This document shows, one piece after another, positions 23,558 through 32,623 of a stretch of DNA of 64,000 nucleotides. The stretch is from a bacterium. Lineage in GTDB: Bacteria; Patescibacteriota; Minisyncoccia; UBA6257; WO2-44-18. The notes beneath the pieces are model-generated. The model did no database searches. It saw nothing but the letters and a program-made list of their open reading frames with translations, and was not told the origin of the DNA. The stretch lies in contig JAUSKF010000006.1 in the NCBI GenBank assembly GCA_030646995.1, positions 99,680-163,679 of the forward strand. Reading direction: 5' to 3'. The translations under genes were made by a program, and so were the position numbers. How positions within the stretch are numbered: the stretch's first letter is position 1; every line of letters starts with the position of its first letter.

Positions 23558-26500
23558 TTGGTTTCTCCAAGTCATTTATTTGCCAGAGAAACTATTGTTG
23601 CGGTTCCGGTAATTAACCCGTCTGTCATTGCGAGCGAGGCAAAGCAATCTAACACCATCATCGCCAGGTCAGTTGAGGTTTATCCCACCGCCAATCTTTT
23701 TGATAGTTTTCTTAGCGTTTTTCAAAATATTAGGGAATCGATACAGAATTTTGCTGTATCACTAATTAACCTAGCCAATCCCAAAGTTCCGGTAAGTACC
23801 ACTCCTCCACCCATACGAATTGTTGCTGTTCCCGTGTCTGCGACGCCCCCGGCTCCATCTGTCATTGCGATCCGCCAGCCGGCGGAGAAGCAATCTAACA
23901 TTGATGTGGTAAAATCCGTCTCCGCCCCCACGCCGCAGATAATATATATCCAACAACCTGCTCCGACCGGTACCGTAGGAGTCTCTTCCCAGTCCCAGTT
24001 AGATTCTTTGACTGCTGACCTGCTCGCCTTCAAAAAATCTCAGCAGGCCACGACCGAAAATCTGCAATACAATATGGGTCTAATGAGCCGCATCAGCTCT
24101 CTCGGCCCAGTCGGCAGCAATCCTCTTACAATTTCCAATCCAACATTCGCCGGATCTATTACGGGCATTGAAGACGGCGATATTCCCGACGACATCACCG
24201 CTTCCAATTACCTTTTGCGCGCCGGAGGTGAGCTCAGCGGCAACCTCACTATCGCGGGTAATCTCACAGTTGCCGGCGCGCAAATTTTGGGGGGAGGTGG
24301 TGGTTCCAATCCTTTTAGCCTTGGCGGCTCCTCCGCGCAGGGGACTTTAATTTTGGGAAATGGCACCACTGCTTCTTCTACGATTTCCGGCGAATACGGC
24401 AGGTTAGGTTTTGGTTCCACTTCTCCTTATGCCCAATTCTCCATTGAGGCCGTCCAGGGCGTAGTCGGTTCTTCCACCCCCGTCTTCGTTATCGGAGACA
24501 CAGGCTCTTCTTCTCTGCTCGTTGTCTCCGGAATCAATGGAGACGTCGGCATTGGCACCAATACTCCCGGAGCCAAATTGGATGTGGGAGGCTTTGCGAA
24601 TATCAAGGGGAATCTGAATATCTCCGCTACCTCCACTGCCGGTTCCTTTGTCGCCACTTCCACTTTGAGTGTCGGAACTTCAACTCCCGGAACGAATACC
24701 CAGCTGACGGTCCAGGGCAACTCCTATTTTACGGACGGATTATCTGTTGGCATCGCCGCCACAACTACCTCTGGATCCATCGCCAGCATTTTGCAATCGG
24801 CTGGAACTTTCTACGGCTCCGGAGTCGGCACTTCCTCATTTGAAGGAGGTATCAATGTGAAAGCCAACGGGGGAATTACTTCGGCTTCGGGATTAATCGT
24901 ATCGGCGGGAAAAGTTGGTATTGGAACGACGAATCCGTCGACGGTTTTAGATGTTCTGACGCCTGGTGGCTACCGATTGCTTTTCACGGACGACGCCAGC
25001 GCTTTCCAGATAACGGGTGTGAACTCGGGTATTACTGATAACGTTCCCTTGAGGATACAGGGTACTGATTTACGTTTTTATACAAATAGTGGTGGAGCGC
25101 AGGAACGACTTCGCATAACAACAGCTGGCAATGTTGGTCTTGCCCGAACCAGCCCAGATACTCTTCTTGATCTCGGGCGGGCGGGCGACGTGACCACTCG
25201 AGATTTAAATATTATTGGCTCTGACTTGAATATCGGCAACGGCATCCTCGCTACCTCCACTCTTTCGGGAGAATATGGAAAACTCGGTCTCGCTTCCACT
25301 ACTCCCTGGGGTCAGTTCTCCATTGAAGTCTCCGGAGTTCCCGGCTCCACCACTCCCGTATTCGTTATCGGCGACTCCGGCACCTCTTCCCCAATCTTCA
25401 TCGCCAACGTCAATGGAAGAATCGGTATCGCCACCAACACCGTGGATCAATATGGAGTTCTGGGTATCGGATTATCTGTGGCAACCTCCACATACATTGA
25501 AGGAGGATTGGGAGTGGGCGTTGCTACTTCTTCTGCCGGCGGTTTGTTCGTCAAAGGATCTGCAGATATTTATGGCGGACTAATTGTACGTGGCGGTAAA
25601 GTGGGCATTGGTACGACAAATCCGGGGTCAATATTAGAACTTAATTCTAATGAGCCAGTATTGCGAATGACAACCGGTGCGCCCGGAGGACAGTGGGATC
25701 TTATTGGCGGCAATGGGGTCGGTGTAGCCGTTGGTGATTTTGTTATTTTCAATGCTGGATACGGCAACACACCGTTTAGGATCATAAACGACGCAGGAAA
25801 CTTGAATAATAATGCGTTTATAATAAAAGGTGGCAATATCGGTATCGCTACTACCGTTCCAGGAACAAAATTGGACGTCCACGGCTTCGCCAATGTCGCC
25901 GGTAATTTAACTGTTTCTGCTACGACTACCACCGGATCCCTGATTGCCACCTCTACTTTAAGCGTAGGCACTTCCACGCCCGACTCCTTAGTTCAGTTCG
26001 CAGTTGGTGGAAATTCATATTTATCCGGCGGTCTTTCCGTCGGTCGCTCCGCGACGACTACCAACGGCGCCTTGATGGCGGGAGCTATTGATGGCACCAC
26101 TTTGAATCTCTCCGGCCGATTGGATTCAATCTTTACCGGCACCTCCACATTTGCGGGAGGGGTTTCTGTCGCCGGATTGGCTTCATCAAATGGATTGAAT
26201 GTAACAGCAGGAGATTCAGTTATCGGTCCGCTAAAAGTTGGGACGGCGGCGATTACGTCGACGGTGAGATTTTTTGGCGCTGACGGATCGACAGCCGCCC
26301 CCACATACGGATTTTCGTCCCGTACCGATGCTGGTATGTATAACGTTGGTAACGGGGAAATTGGGTTGGTCGGACAAGGCTCTCTGGAGGTTCGCATTTC
26401 ATCGGGGTCGGTTCAGATTGGGTCGGGAACCTTTTTGAATTTCGGGGGCACCACCGGATGGAAATATATCGCCGCTGCAAATATTCGGCAGGGAAACTCC

Positions 26501-28048
26501 TCCTCCGCCACCCCCATCGACCAGATATTCACCCTCGGCGAAGCGAGCAGGCCGGGGACGGATACTAACATTAGTGGTGCGACTGGAACGATTCAGAGCG
26601 GTCTAGGCACTGGGATTGGAACTGAATCATCGCTTATTTTTCAGACTCCAACATTGGCCGCTTCGGGTAGCGGAGTACAAACGTATGCAACGAGATTGAC
26701 TGTCGGTTCGGCAACTTCAACCTTCACGGGAGCCTTAACTGTGGGTGGTAGCGTCGGCATCGGCACCACGACCCCACGGGCAATGTTAGGTATCGCGGCG
26801 GGTAGCTCCACTCCCGGCCTTATGATTCAGACCGAGGGCAATACCGGGCAGGGAGCAATAGCAATCGTTGTCGATGCAAATGCTAACTGTAAAGACGGAG
26901 AATCAAACGGGGCCTGCGCTCTGAACGACTTGGCTGAGTTGTATCCAGTGTCCGAACCTCTGGAGAAGGGAGATATCGTGATGTTTGATGGTGGAGCGCC
27001 CGTTCATATAAAGAAAGCGACTAGTCGGAATAGTTTAGCTGGCGCAATCTCTACTTCTCCGGCCATCGTCTTTGAAGGCTCGATGATCAAAACAATGGGT
27101 GGAGTTTACGAGTGGAAAGGGAATACCGCTCCCCTCGCTCTTTCCGGTCGTGTGCCGGTGAAGGTTTCTCTAGAAAATGGCCCAATTCATATTGGCGATC
27201 CGATAACCGTGTCTTCTACTACTCCGGGCGTTGGCGTTAAAACCATCACCTCCGGCAAGATTATCGGTTATGCCCTTGATGATTTGCTAACCGCCACTAC
27301 TGCTCCAAATTCTTTTGATAAAATCCTCGTTTTCGCCAATCTCTCGCATTGGCAAAATCCGGATGAAATCTTAGAACCGTCTTCAACGTTTATTCAGAAA
27401 ATTATTGAGGCAATAACTGACTGGCTAAAGACTGCCGTTGTTACCATTAAAGAATTAGTCGTTGATAAGCTGACGAGCAAAGAAGTTAATACCGATAAAC
27501 TTTGTGTCGGCGCCACCTGCATTACCGAGAATCAACTGCAGGCATTGCTAAACCAAAATTTACCCGTCGCGGCGGGTGTGAACGGCGGAAATAGTCCTCC
27601 TCCCGCGCCATCGCCAACTCCCGCTCCTGAATCGGCCCCCGACACCGATGCGCCGGTGATTACTTTGAACGGATTGAATCCGACCGAGATTGAAATAGGA
27701 GCGGTATATTCGGATATGGGCGCCAATGTTACCGACAACGTAAACAGCAATCTTGGTTATAAGGTCAGCTTGGATGGTGGCCCGGAAACCTACCCCCAAG
27801 AGATGGAATTGGATACTTCCATGGCTGGCGAACATATCCTAATTTTTATTGCGATTGACCAAGCGGGGAATCGCGGAACCGCCTCAAGAGTAGTGAGGGT
27901 TGTGAATCCGAACGCTCCTAGCCCAGAACCGGAACCTAGCCCTTTTCCGGAACCCAGCCCCACCCCCGAACCTTCTCCAGCTCCCGAGCCATCCCCAACT
28001 CCTAGTCCCGCTCCCGAACCCATTCCTGCGCCCGAACCCGAACTTTAG
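23558..28048 (+). CDS. Giant secreted/surface protein (1496 aa) with fibre-like Gly/Thr/Ser repeats, Ig-like domain and Pro-rich C-terminal tail; probably phase-variable
   Basis: TTG start per the track and no in-frame ATG for about 170 codons; repeated KVGIGTTNP..L(D/E) units; region resembling the C-terminal modules of phage tail fibres (family not identified); C-terminal PEPSPTPEP repeats; located inside the type IV pilus locus. Confidence 0.75.
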   Translation: MVSPSHLFARETIVAVPVINPSVIASEAKQSNTIIARSVEVYPTANLFDSFLSVFQNIRESIQNFAVSLINLANPKVPVSTTPPPIRIVAVPVSATPPAPSVIAIRQPAEKQSNIDVVKSVSAPTPQIIYIQQPAPTGTVGVSSQSQLDSLTADLLAFKKSQQATTENLQYNMGLMSRISSLGPVGSNPLTISNPTFAGSITGIEDGDIPDDITASNYLLRAGGELSGNLTIAGNLTVAGAQILGGGGGSNPFSLGGSSAQGTLILGNGTTASSTISGEYGRLGFGSTSPYAQFSIEAVQGVVGSSTPVFVIGDTGSSSLLVVSGINGDVGIGTNTPGAKLDVGGFANIKGNLNISATSTAGSFVATSTLSVGTSTPGTNTQLTVQGNSYFTDGLSVGIAATTTSGSIASILQSAGTFYGSGVGTSSFEGGINVKANGGITSASGLIVSAGKVGIGTTNPSTVLDVLTPGGYRLLFTDDASAFQITGVNSGITDNVPLRIQGTDLRFYTNSGGAQERLRITTAGNVGLARTSPDTLLDLGRAGDVTTRDLNIIGSDLNIGNGILATSTLSGEYGKLGLASTTPWGQFSIEVSGVPGSTTPVFVIGDSGTSSPIFIANVNGRIGIATNTVDQYGVLGIGLSVATSTYIEGGLGVGVATSSAGGLFVKGSADIYGGLIVRGGKVGIGTTNPGSILELNSNEPVLRMTTGAPGGQWDLIGGNGVGVAVGDFVIFNAGYGNTPFRIINDAGNLNNNAFIIKGGNIGIATTVPGTKLDVHGFANVAGNLTVSATTTTGSLIATSTLSVGTSTPDSLVQFAVGGNSYLSGGLSVGRSATTTNGALMAGAIDGTTLNLSGRLDSIFTGTSTFAGGVSVAGLASSNGLNVTAGDSVIGPLKVGTAAITSTVRFFGADGSTAAPTYGFSSRTDAGMYNVGNGEIGLVGQGSLEVRISSGSVQIGSGTFLNFGGTTGWKYIAAANIRQGNSSSATPIDQIFTLGEASRPGTDTNISGATGTIQSGLGTGIGTESSLIFQTPTLAASGSGVQTYATRLTVGSATSTFTGALTVGGSVGIGTTTPRAMLGIAAGSSTPGLMIQTEGNTGQGAIAIVVDANANCKDGESNGACALNDLAELYPVSEPLEKGDIVMFDGGAPVHIKKATSRNSLAGAISTSPAIVFEGSMIKTMGGVYEWKGNTAPLALSGRVPVKVSLENGPIHIGDPITVSSTTPGVGVKTITSGKIIGYALDDLLTATTAPNSFDKILVFANLSHWQNPDEILEPSSTFIQKIIEAITDWLKTAVVTIKELVVDKLTSKEVNTDKLCVGATCITENQLQALLNQNLPVAAGVNGGNSPPPAPSPTPAPESAPDTDAPVITLNGLNPTEIEIGAVYSDMGANVTDNVNSNLGYKVSLDGGPETYPQEMELDTSMAGEHILIFIAIDQAGNRGTASRVVRVVNPNAPSPEPEPSPFPEPSPTPEPSPAPEPSPTPSPAPEPIPAPEPEL

Positions 28049-28060
28049 TTTATATTTACC

Positions 28061-28082
28061 CCACTTTCACGCGTGAAAGTGG
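28061..28082. promoter_or_regulatory. Palindrome ccactttcacgcgtgaaagtgg (copy 2; also a terminator-like hairpin)
   Basis: Perfect palindrome within ccccactttcacgcgtgaaagtgggtgggg followed by ttatttt; lies between the giant gene stop and the end of the trpR-like gene. Confidence 0.6.
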
Positions 28083-28094
28083 GTGGGGTTTATT

Positions 28095-28541
28095 TTAATC
28101 CCTATCCCCCATTACCCCGATTCCTTTTTGCAGGAAAGGTTTAAACACGATTGCTAGCGCAGCCACCGCGTCTAAAAGATTAATATTTTTCTTCTCCGCA
28201 TTGATCGCCAAGGAGGAATACCTTCTTTTCCCCTGCCCAAATCTGGCGCTCTGATAATGCCCAGTTTTACGAAAAGCGACTTTCTTGATCGCGCTAACGG
28301 TGGATGACGATATCCATAAAATCTCCCCGATCTCTTTATAAGACTTGCCCTGACTGACCAAAACCAATACCGCCAATCTTCGCAATAGCATTTTTTTCTC
28401 TTGCGAGCACAATAAACTTTCGAGAAGGTTTTTTGCATTTTGTTTTGATCCCATTTTCAGGATACTATCTAGCAACTCCTCCCACAAAACTTCTTGCCAC
28501 TCCTCCGCTGCCTTGCCCCTTAGATGTTCTGGTTTATTCAT
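28095..28541 (-). CDS. TrpR-like DNA-binding protein (YerC/YecD family)
   Basis: HTH LLRRLAVLVLVSQGKSYKEIGEILWISSSTVSAIKK typical of the TrpR/YerC family; flanked on both sides by the palindrome family. Confidence 0.65.
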   Translation of the reverse strand: MNKPEHLRGKAAEEWQEVLWEELLDSILKMGSKQNAKNLLESLLCSQEKKMLLRRLAVLVLVSQGKSYKEIGEILWISSSTVSAIKKVAFRKTGHYQSARFGQGKRRYSSLAINAEKKNINLLDAVAALAIVFKPFLQKGIGVMGDRD

Positions 28542-28566
28542 TTTTTTTATTAACTGTAATTATACA

Positions 28567-28594
28567 CCCCTACTTTCACGCGTGAAAGTAGGGG
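28567..28594. promoter_or_regulatory. Palindrome cccctactttcacgcgtgaaagtagggg (copy 3), about 26 nt upstream of the trpR-like start
   Basis: Same 18-bp core ACTTTCACGCGTGAAAGT as copy 2; sits in the promoter region of the regulator gene, so an autoregulatory operator is a candidate. Confidence 0.55.
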
Positions 28595-28727
28595 TGATGA
28601 GGACGAAAGGCCTGCCTACCGGTTTACCCGCCTATGGAGGGCAGGCAGGGATTTTATTAATTCAATTAGGCTGATTTGTTACGCGTACCAGACTTATAGA
28701 AATTAAGTGGAATGGTATAATTAAAGG

Positions 28728-29936
28728 ATGAAGTTTTCCTATAAAGCCGCTGATGCGGCCGGAAAGGTAGTAGAAGGCTCTATAGACGCCGAGAATACCG
28801 GGGATGTGTTGGCGTCTTTAGCTGCTAAGGGATTACGGCCTATTTCTGTTAGCGCTGAAAAAACCGTTGAGCGGAAATCTCAAAGTATTTTTGGCCAGTC
28901 AATTAATGTTACCGATAAAATTTTCTTAACCAGATATTTGGCATTGATGTTGCGGGTAGGGACTGATCTTTTTAAAGCTATCAATATTTTGATTGCTAAT
29001 TTTGATAAAGCGATTGTAAAGTCCCTTCTTTTGGAAATTCGCACTAACTTGGAAAAAGGCCAGCCGTTCTATCAGACCTTCGCTGCTTACCCGAAATATT
29101 TTTCTCCGGTATTCGTAAATTTAGTAAAAGCCGGTGAAGCTTCGGGAAATTTGCAAACAGTTTTTGAAGATTTAAGCGTAAATTTAGAAAAAGAGCACGA
29201 GTTGCAGAGTAAAATCCGCTCCGCTCTTATCTATCCGGTTATTTTGTTTGTTCTGTCATTATTCGTGTTGTTGTTCCTCGTGAGTTTCGCTTTGCCTCGT
29301 ATCGCTTCAGTATTTCAAGGAGGAGGGTTCGATCCGCCGTTGTTTTCTAAAATAGTATTCACTGTCGGATTGGCGATTGGCAACAACATTGCGATTATTT
29401 TAGCTGTGCTGGCAGTAGTAATATTTGGCGGCTGGATATTTATCGCCAAGACGTTGGCCGGAAGGCGATTTGTGTCGGCTTTGCTGAACGTGTTGCCGGT
29501 GGTTAAGACGGTGGTTTATAAAATTGCTCTGCAGAGGTTCGCGGCCACCTTGAGTTCTCTGATGGGAGCTGGATTGCCTATCTTGGAATCTTTGAACATT
29601 ACCGCCGATGCGGTGGTGCATCCGGGGATTCAAGATGCCTTGCGTCGAGTCGCTAAAGATGGAGTAACAAAAGGTTTGAGTTTGGGAGAGGCTTTCAGCC
29701 GAGAACCGATCTTCCCGCCGGTGGTAGTGAATTTGGTGGCGATCTCGGAAAAAGCCGGGCATCTCGACCAGGTCTTGAAAACTTTAGCGGATTTTTATGA
29801 TTCCGAGATTAGCGCGGCGGTGAAGAATCTAGTGGCCTTCATCGAGCCGTTATTGTTGGTCTTAATTGGTGGCGTTATCGGTTTAATCGCGCTTTCGATT
29901 CTCGTTCCGATTTATCAGCTCGTTACGCAATTCTAA
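28728..29936 (+). CDS. pilC: Type IV pilus assembly platform protein PilC (GspF family)
   Basis: Two GspF-type domains and three TM segments; 402 aa. Confidence 0.85.
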   Translation: MKFSYKAADAAGKVVEGSIDAENTGDVLASLAAKGLRPISVSAEKTVERKSQSIFGQSINVTDKIFLTRYLALMLRVGTDLFKAINILIANFDKAIVKSLLLEIRTNLEKGQPFYQTFAAYPKYFSPVFVNLVKAGEASGNLQTVFEDLSVNLEKEHELQSKIRSALIYPVILFVLSLFVLLFLVSFALPRIASVFQGGGFDPPLFSKIVFTVGLAIGNNIAIILAVLAVVIFGGWIFIAKTLAGRRFVSALLNVLPVVKTVVYKIALQRFAATLSSLMGAGLPILESLNITADAVVHPGIQDALRRVAKDGVTKGLSLGEAFSREPIFPPVVVNLVAISEKAGHLDQVLKTLADFYDSEISAAVKNLVAFIEPLLLVLIGGVIGLIALSILVPIYQLVTQF

Positions 29937-30388
29937 TGAAAAAAAATCCCGGATTTACACTAATCGAGATCTTAGTGGTTCTCGGCATCAGCATCATTTT
30001 GGCGATGGGCGGGTTGTTCAGCTTATCCAATTTGAGAAAGCATCAATCTTTGCGTTTGGCCTCCGAGGGGATGGTGGCTTTCTTGCGGGATGCCCAGCAG
30101 CGTTCCGTTAGTCAAGACGGCGGCTTGGGTTGGGGAGTCCATTTTGATAATTCCGCTAGCGAGCGAGATTCTTATTGGAGATTTAGCGGGGTGGATCCGT
30201 TAATAGCTTCCGAAAAAGTGGCGATAGCTCCCGGTGTAGAGCTGGAGACGTCGAGTGATAATGTTTTCTTTTCTAAGGTTAGTGGATTGCCCGACTCGGC
30301 TACGGTTGTTAAAGTTAAGTTATCTAATGACCCTGCGACATTCCGCACAATTACCATAAATGCTCAAGGCACAATTGAACAAAAATAA
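29936..30388 (+). CDS. Pseudopilin / minor pilin (prepilin-type N-terminus)
   Basis: MKKNPG-FTLIEILVVLGISII class III signal. Confidence 0.8.
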   Translation: MKKNPGFTLIEILVVLGISIILAMGGLFSLSNLRKHQSLRLASEGMVAFLRDAQQRSVSQDGGLGWGVHFDNSASERDSYWRFSGVDPLIASEKVAIAPGVELETSSDNVFFSKVSGLPDSATVVKVKLSNDPATFRTITINAQGTIEQK

Positions 30389-31061
30389 GACTGAATCAGG
30401 TCAATCTCTAATTGAGATCCTTATCGGGATTGCCATCGGCGCTATTTTGATAGGCGGAGCGGCGGCTACCATCACTTTGACTTTGCGTTCTAACGTACAG
30501 AACAAAAATATTCAAACAGCCTCTTCTTTGAGTCAGGCAATACTTGATAAGGTTACTGTTTACGCTGATGCCGATTGGCACAACATTGATGGGGTGGTTA
30601 ATTGCGGAACCACTGGCGTGGGTATTTTGCCGTCGCCCGCGTCTTATCATCTGGCTTCCGAAGATTACCTTCCAGGCTTGGAATGTAAGGCCGGCGCGAA
30701 GTCCGAGCCCGTGGATGCCGAGGGGATCACTTTCTCAACTTCTTTTAAGATTGAGCCGGCGCATCGCAATCAAGCCACCGATGCCATTGAGCCAGCCTCC
30801 TCTTCGACCTATGAAGATCCTTCTACTAAAAAAATTGTTTCCATTACGACTTGGTTAGAAAATGGTCAGGAAGCCGACGTGACTGTGAATAAATATATTA
30901 CCCGCAGCCGGAATTTGATTTTTAAGCAGACAGACTGGCAAGGAGGGAAGCCACCGCAAGAAACCTTTCCGGACGGCGGCATTACTGTGAATACTAAATT
31001 CTCGGCTTCGGCAGGGGTAAAATTTTCTGAAGCTGGAGTTTTGAAAAAATCAGGATTTTGA
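30360..31061 (+). CDS. Minor pilin-like protein
   Basis: N-terminus ...KTESGQSLIEILIGIAIGAIL resembles a prepilin; overlaps the previous gene by 29 nt. Confidence 0.65.
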   Translation: MLKAQLNKNKTESGQSLIEILIGIAIGAILIGGAAATITLTLRSNVQNKNIQTASSLSQAILDKVTVYADADWHNIDGVVNCGTTGVGILPSPASYHLASEDYLPGLECKAGAKSEPVDAEGITFSTSFKIEPAHRNQATDAIEPASSSTYEDPSTKKIVSITTWLENGQEADVTVNKYITRSRNLIFKQTDWQGGKPPQETFPDGGITVNTKFSASAGVKFSEAGVLKKSGF

Positions 31062-31095
31062 TGGAGTAATCACGAATAATGCTAATCACTACAAA
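31062..31095 (+). repeat. Dispersed intergenic repeat (degenerate copy C) overlapping the start of the next gene
   Basis: ggagtaatcacgaataatgctaatc...aataatattgcgaataa shares ggagtaatc-cgaataatgc and aatattgcgaataa with copies A and B. Confidence 0.6.
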
Positions 31096-32146
31096 TAATA
31101 TTGCGAATAAGAATCTACTCAAAACGACCGGTTTTATTTTGTCGTTCGTCGTTGGTTGTTTGTCGTTGGTCGGCATTGCGTTCGCCGCCGACGTTCCGGG
31201 AGTGGTTAATAATATCGCAACCGCTGATATTGATAGGCATGCTTGGAATGACGTTGTCGGCTGGATAGATTTTGGTTCGGACGCCACCGCCGGTACTGGT
31301 GAAGTTGAGGTTACCGACACCCAGCTGAAGGGTTACGCCAATATTTTGCAGGCCGGATTTTTGGCGCTTGATTGCGCCACTTCTCCCAATGGCGATATTT
31401 GCGCAACCAGCGGGTTTAAAGTTTTAAATGACGGAAGCGGAAATTTATCCGGTTGGGGTTGGAATGACAATATTGGCTGGGTTAGTTTTTCCGGCACGGC
31501 TACCGATGGCTCCCCGTACGGAGTGACGATCAGCGGTTCCTCCGGAGATTTTAGCGGTTGGGCTTGGAACGACGTGGTCGGCTGGATAAGTTTTAATTGT
31601 GTGAATTTAGGGCCGGGTTCCTGTAATACCGCGCCGCCTCCGGATGCTAAATACAAAGTGAACACTTCTTGGAGTTCCGGTCCGGATATTGATCCTCCTA
31701 CTGGTGGTCCGACGGGAATTACTCCCGGAGGCGGCGGGGGAGGCGGTGGTAGCGGCGGCAGTACCTTCGATGAGAATACCTGGTTAATCTCTAGCGTTTT
31801 TGACACTCAAGTCCAGGGCGGGGCGGCCTTAAATACGGTGATGTGGCTTGGCGAAAAACCGGGCGACACGGCGGTTGGAATTCAGATTGCCTCGTCTAAT
31901 TGTCCCAATGGCGCTACTAATTATCCGGCCTGTACGACCGGCGATTGGACTTATGTTGGTCCAGCCGCCCCGGGCATTCCCAAAGGCAATGATAAAAGTG
32001 CCTATGAAGCCGTCGATGGAAAGCAATTCCGTTTGAATCCCGCCGATCACAACAATAAGCGCTACTTCCGCTACAAGGTTTATCTTTTTTGGAGAGCTGG
32101 CGACACTCCGGAAGTTCAGGATGTGATAATTAACTATTCGCCTTAA
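31079..32146 (+). CDS. Secreted repeat protein (3x WNDVVGWIxF motif) in the pilus locus
   Basis: Signal peptide (...VGIAFA-AD); three copies of AWNDVVGWIDF / GWNDNIGWVSF / AWNDVVGWISF; Gly-rich linker. Confidence 0.6.
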   Translation: MLITTNNIANKNLLKTTGFILSFVVGCLSLVGIAFAADVPGVVNNIATADIDRHAWNDVVGWIDFGSDATAGTGEVEVTDTQLKGYANILQAGFLALDCATSPNGDICATSGFKVLNDGSGNLSGWGWNDNIGWVSFSGTATDGSPYGVTISGSSGDFSGWAWNDVVGWISFNCVNLGPGSCNTAPPPDAKYKVNTSWSSGPDIDPPTGGPTGITPGGGGGGGGSGGSTFDENTWLISSVFDTQVQGGAALNTVMWLGEKPGDTAVGIQIASSNCPNGATNYPACTTGDWTYVGPAAPGIPKGNDKSAYEAVDGKQFRLNPADHNNKRYFRYKVYLFWRAGDTPEVQDVIINYSP

Positions 32147-32173
32147 AGCGAATAGCAATATTTAAATATTGAA

Positions 32174-32623
32174 ATGTTTAAACATTTAAATATCGGAACA
32201 TTGGGAAAGCGTCGAGGTGTCTCGACGCTTCCCACAATGCTCCTTTTGGGTGGCATTATTATCGAGATTGCCATCGCTAGTGCTTTCCTAACTTATTATT
32301 TTAACGTCACTAATTTCGCCGCCCGTCTTTCCGCAGAGGCGCTTGCCGCTGCCCGAGCAGGAGCGGACGACGCCCTTATCCAACTGGTTCGAAATCGTAA
32401 TTTCGCTCCAACTCCCAATCCTTATGAAGTCAGCGTTGCCGGAGGACGCACGGCTTTGGTAACTATTTGTGGCGAGGCTTGTTATGGAGTGGCGGGAAAA
32501 ACCCAAGTGGTTTCCATTGCTACTGCCCTGAATAAGAAGAGCAAGGTGGAGGCTATTTTAACCGTTACCACAGATGGAAAGGTCACCGTGGATTCGCTGA
32601 AGGAAGTTCCTCTACAACTATGA
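32174..32623 (+). CDS. Pilus-associated membrane-anchored protein (pilin-like N-terminal hydrophobic segment)
   Basis: RRGVSTLPTMLLLGGIIIEIAIA N-terminal anchor; co-oriented with the pilus genes. Confidence 0.45.
   Translation: MFKHLNIGTLGKRRGVSTLPTMLLLGGIIIEIAIASAFLTYYFNVTNFAARLSAEALAAARAGADDALIQLVRNRNFAPTPNPYEVSVAGGRTALVTICGEACYGVAGKTQVVSIATALNKKSKVEAILTVTTDGKVTVDSLKEVPLQL

Noticed and set aside
23722-26480. Multiple antisense ORFs inside the giant surface-protein gene
   Set aside because: The repetitive GC-rich sense strand leaves antisense frames open. No independent support.
27890-28048. Short periodic repeats (PEPSPTPEP-coding) considered as possible CRISPR or tandem-repeat array
   Set aside because: They are in frame and code for a Pro-rich linker. 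There are no spacer-like unique segments and no cas genes. No CRISPR array is present anywhere in the window.
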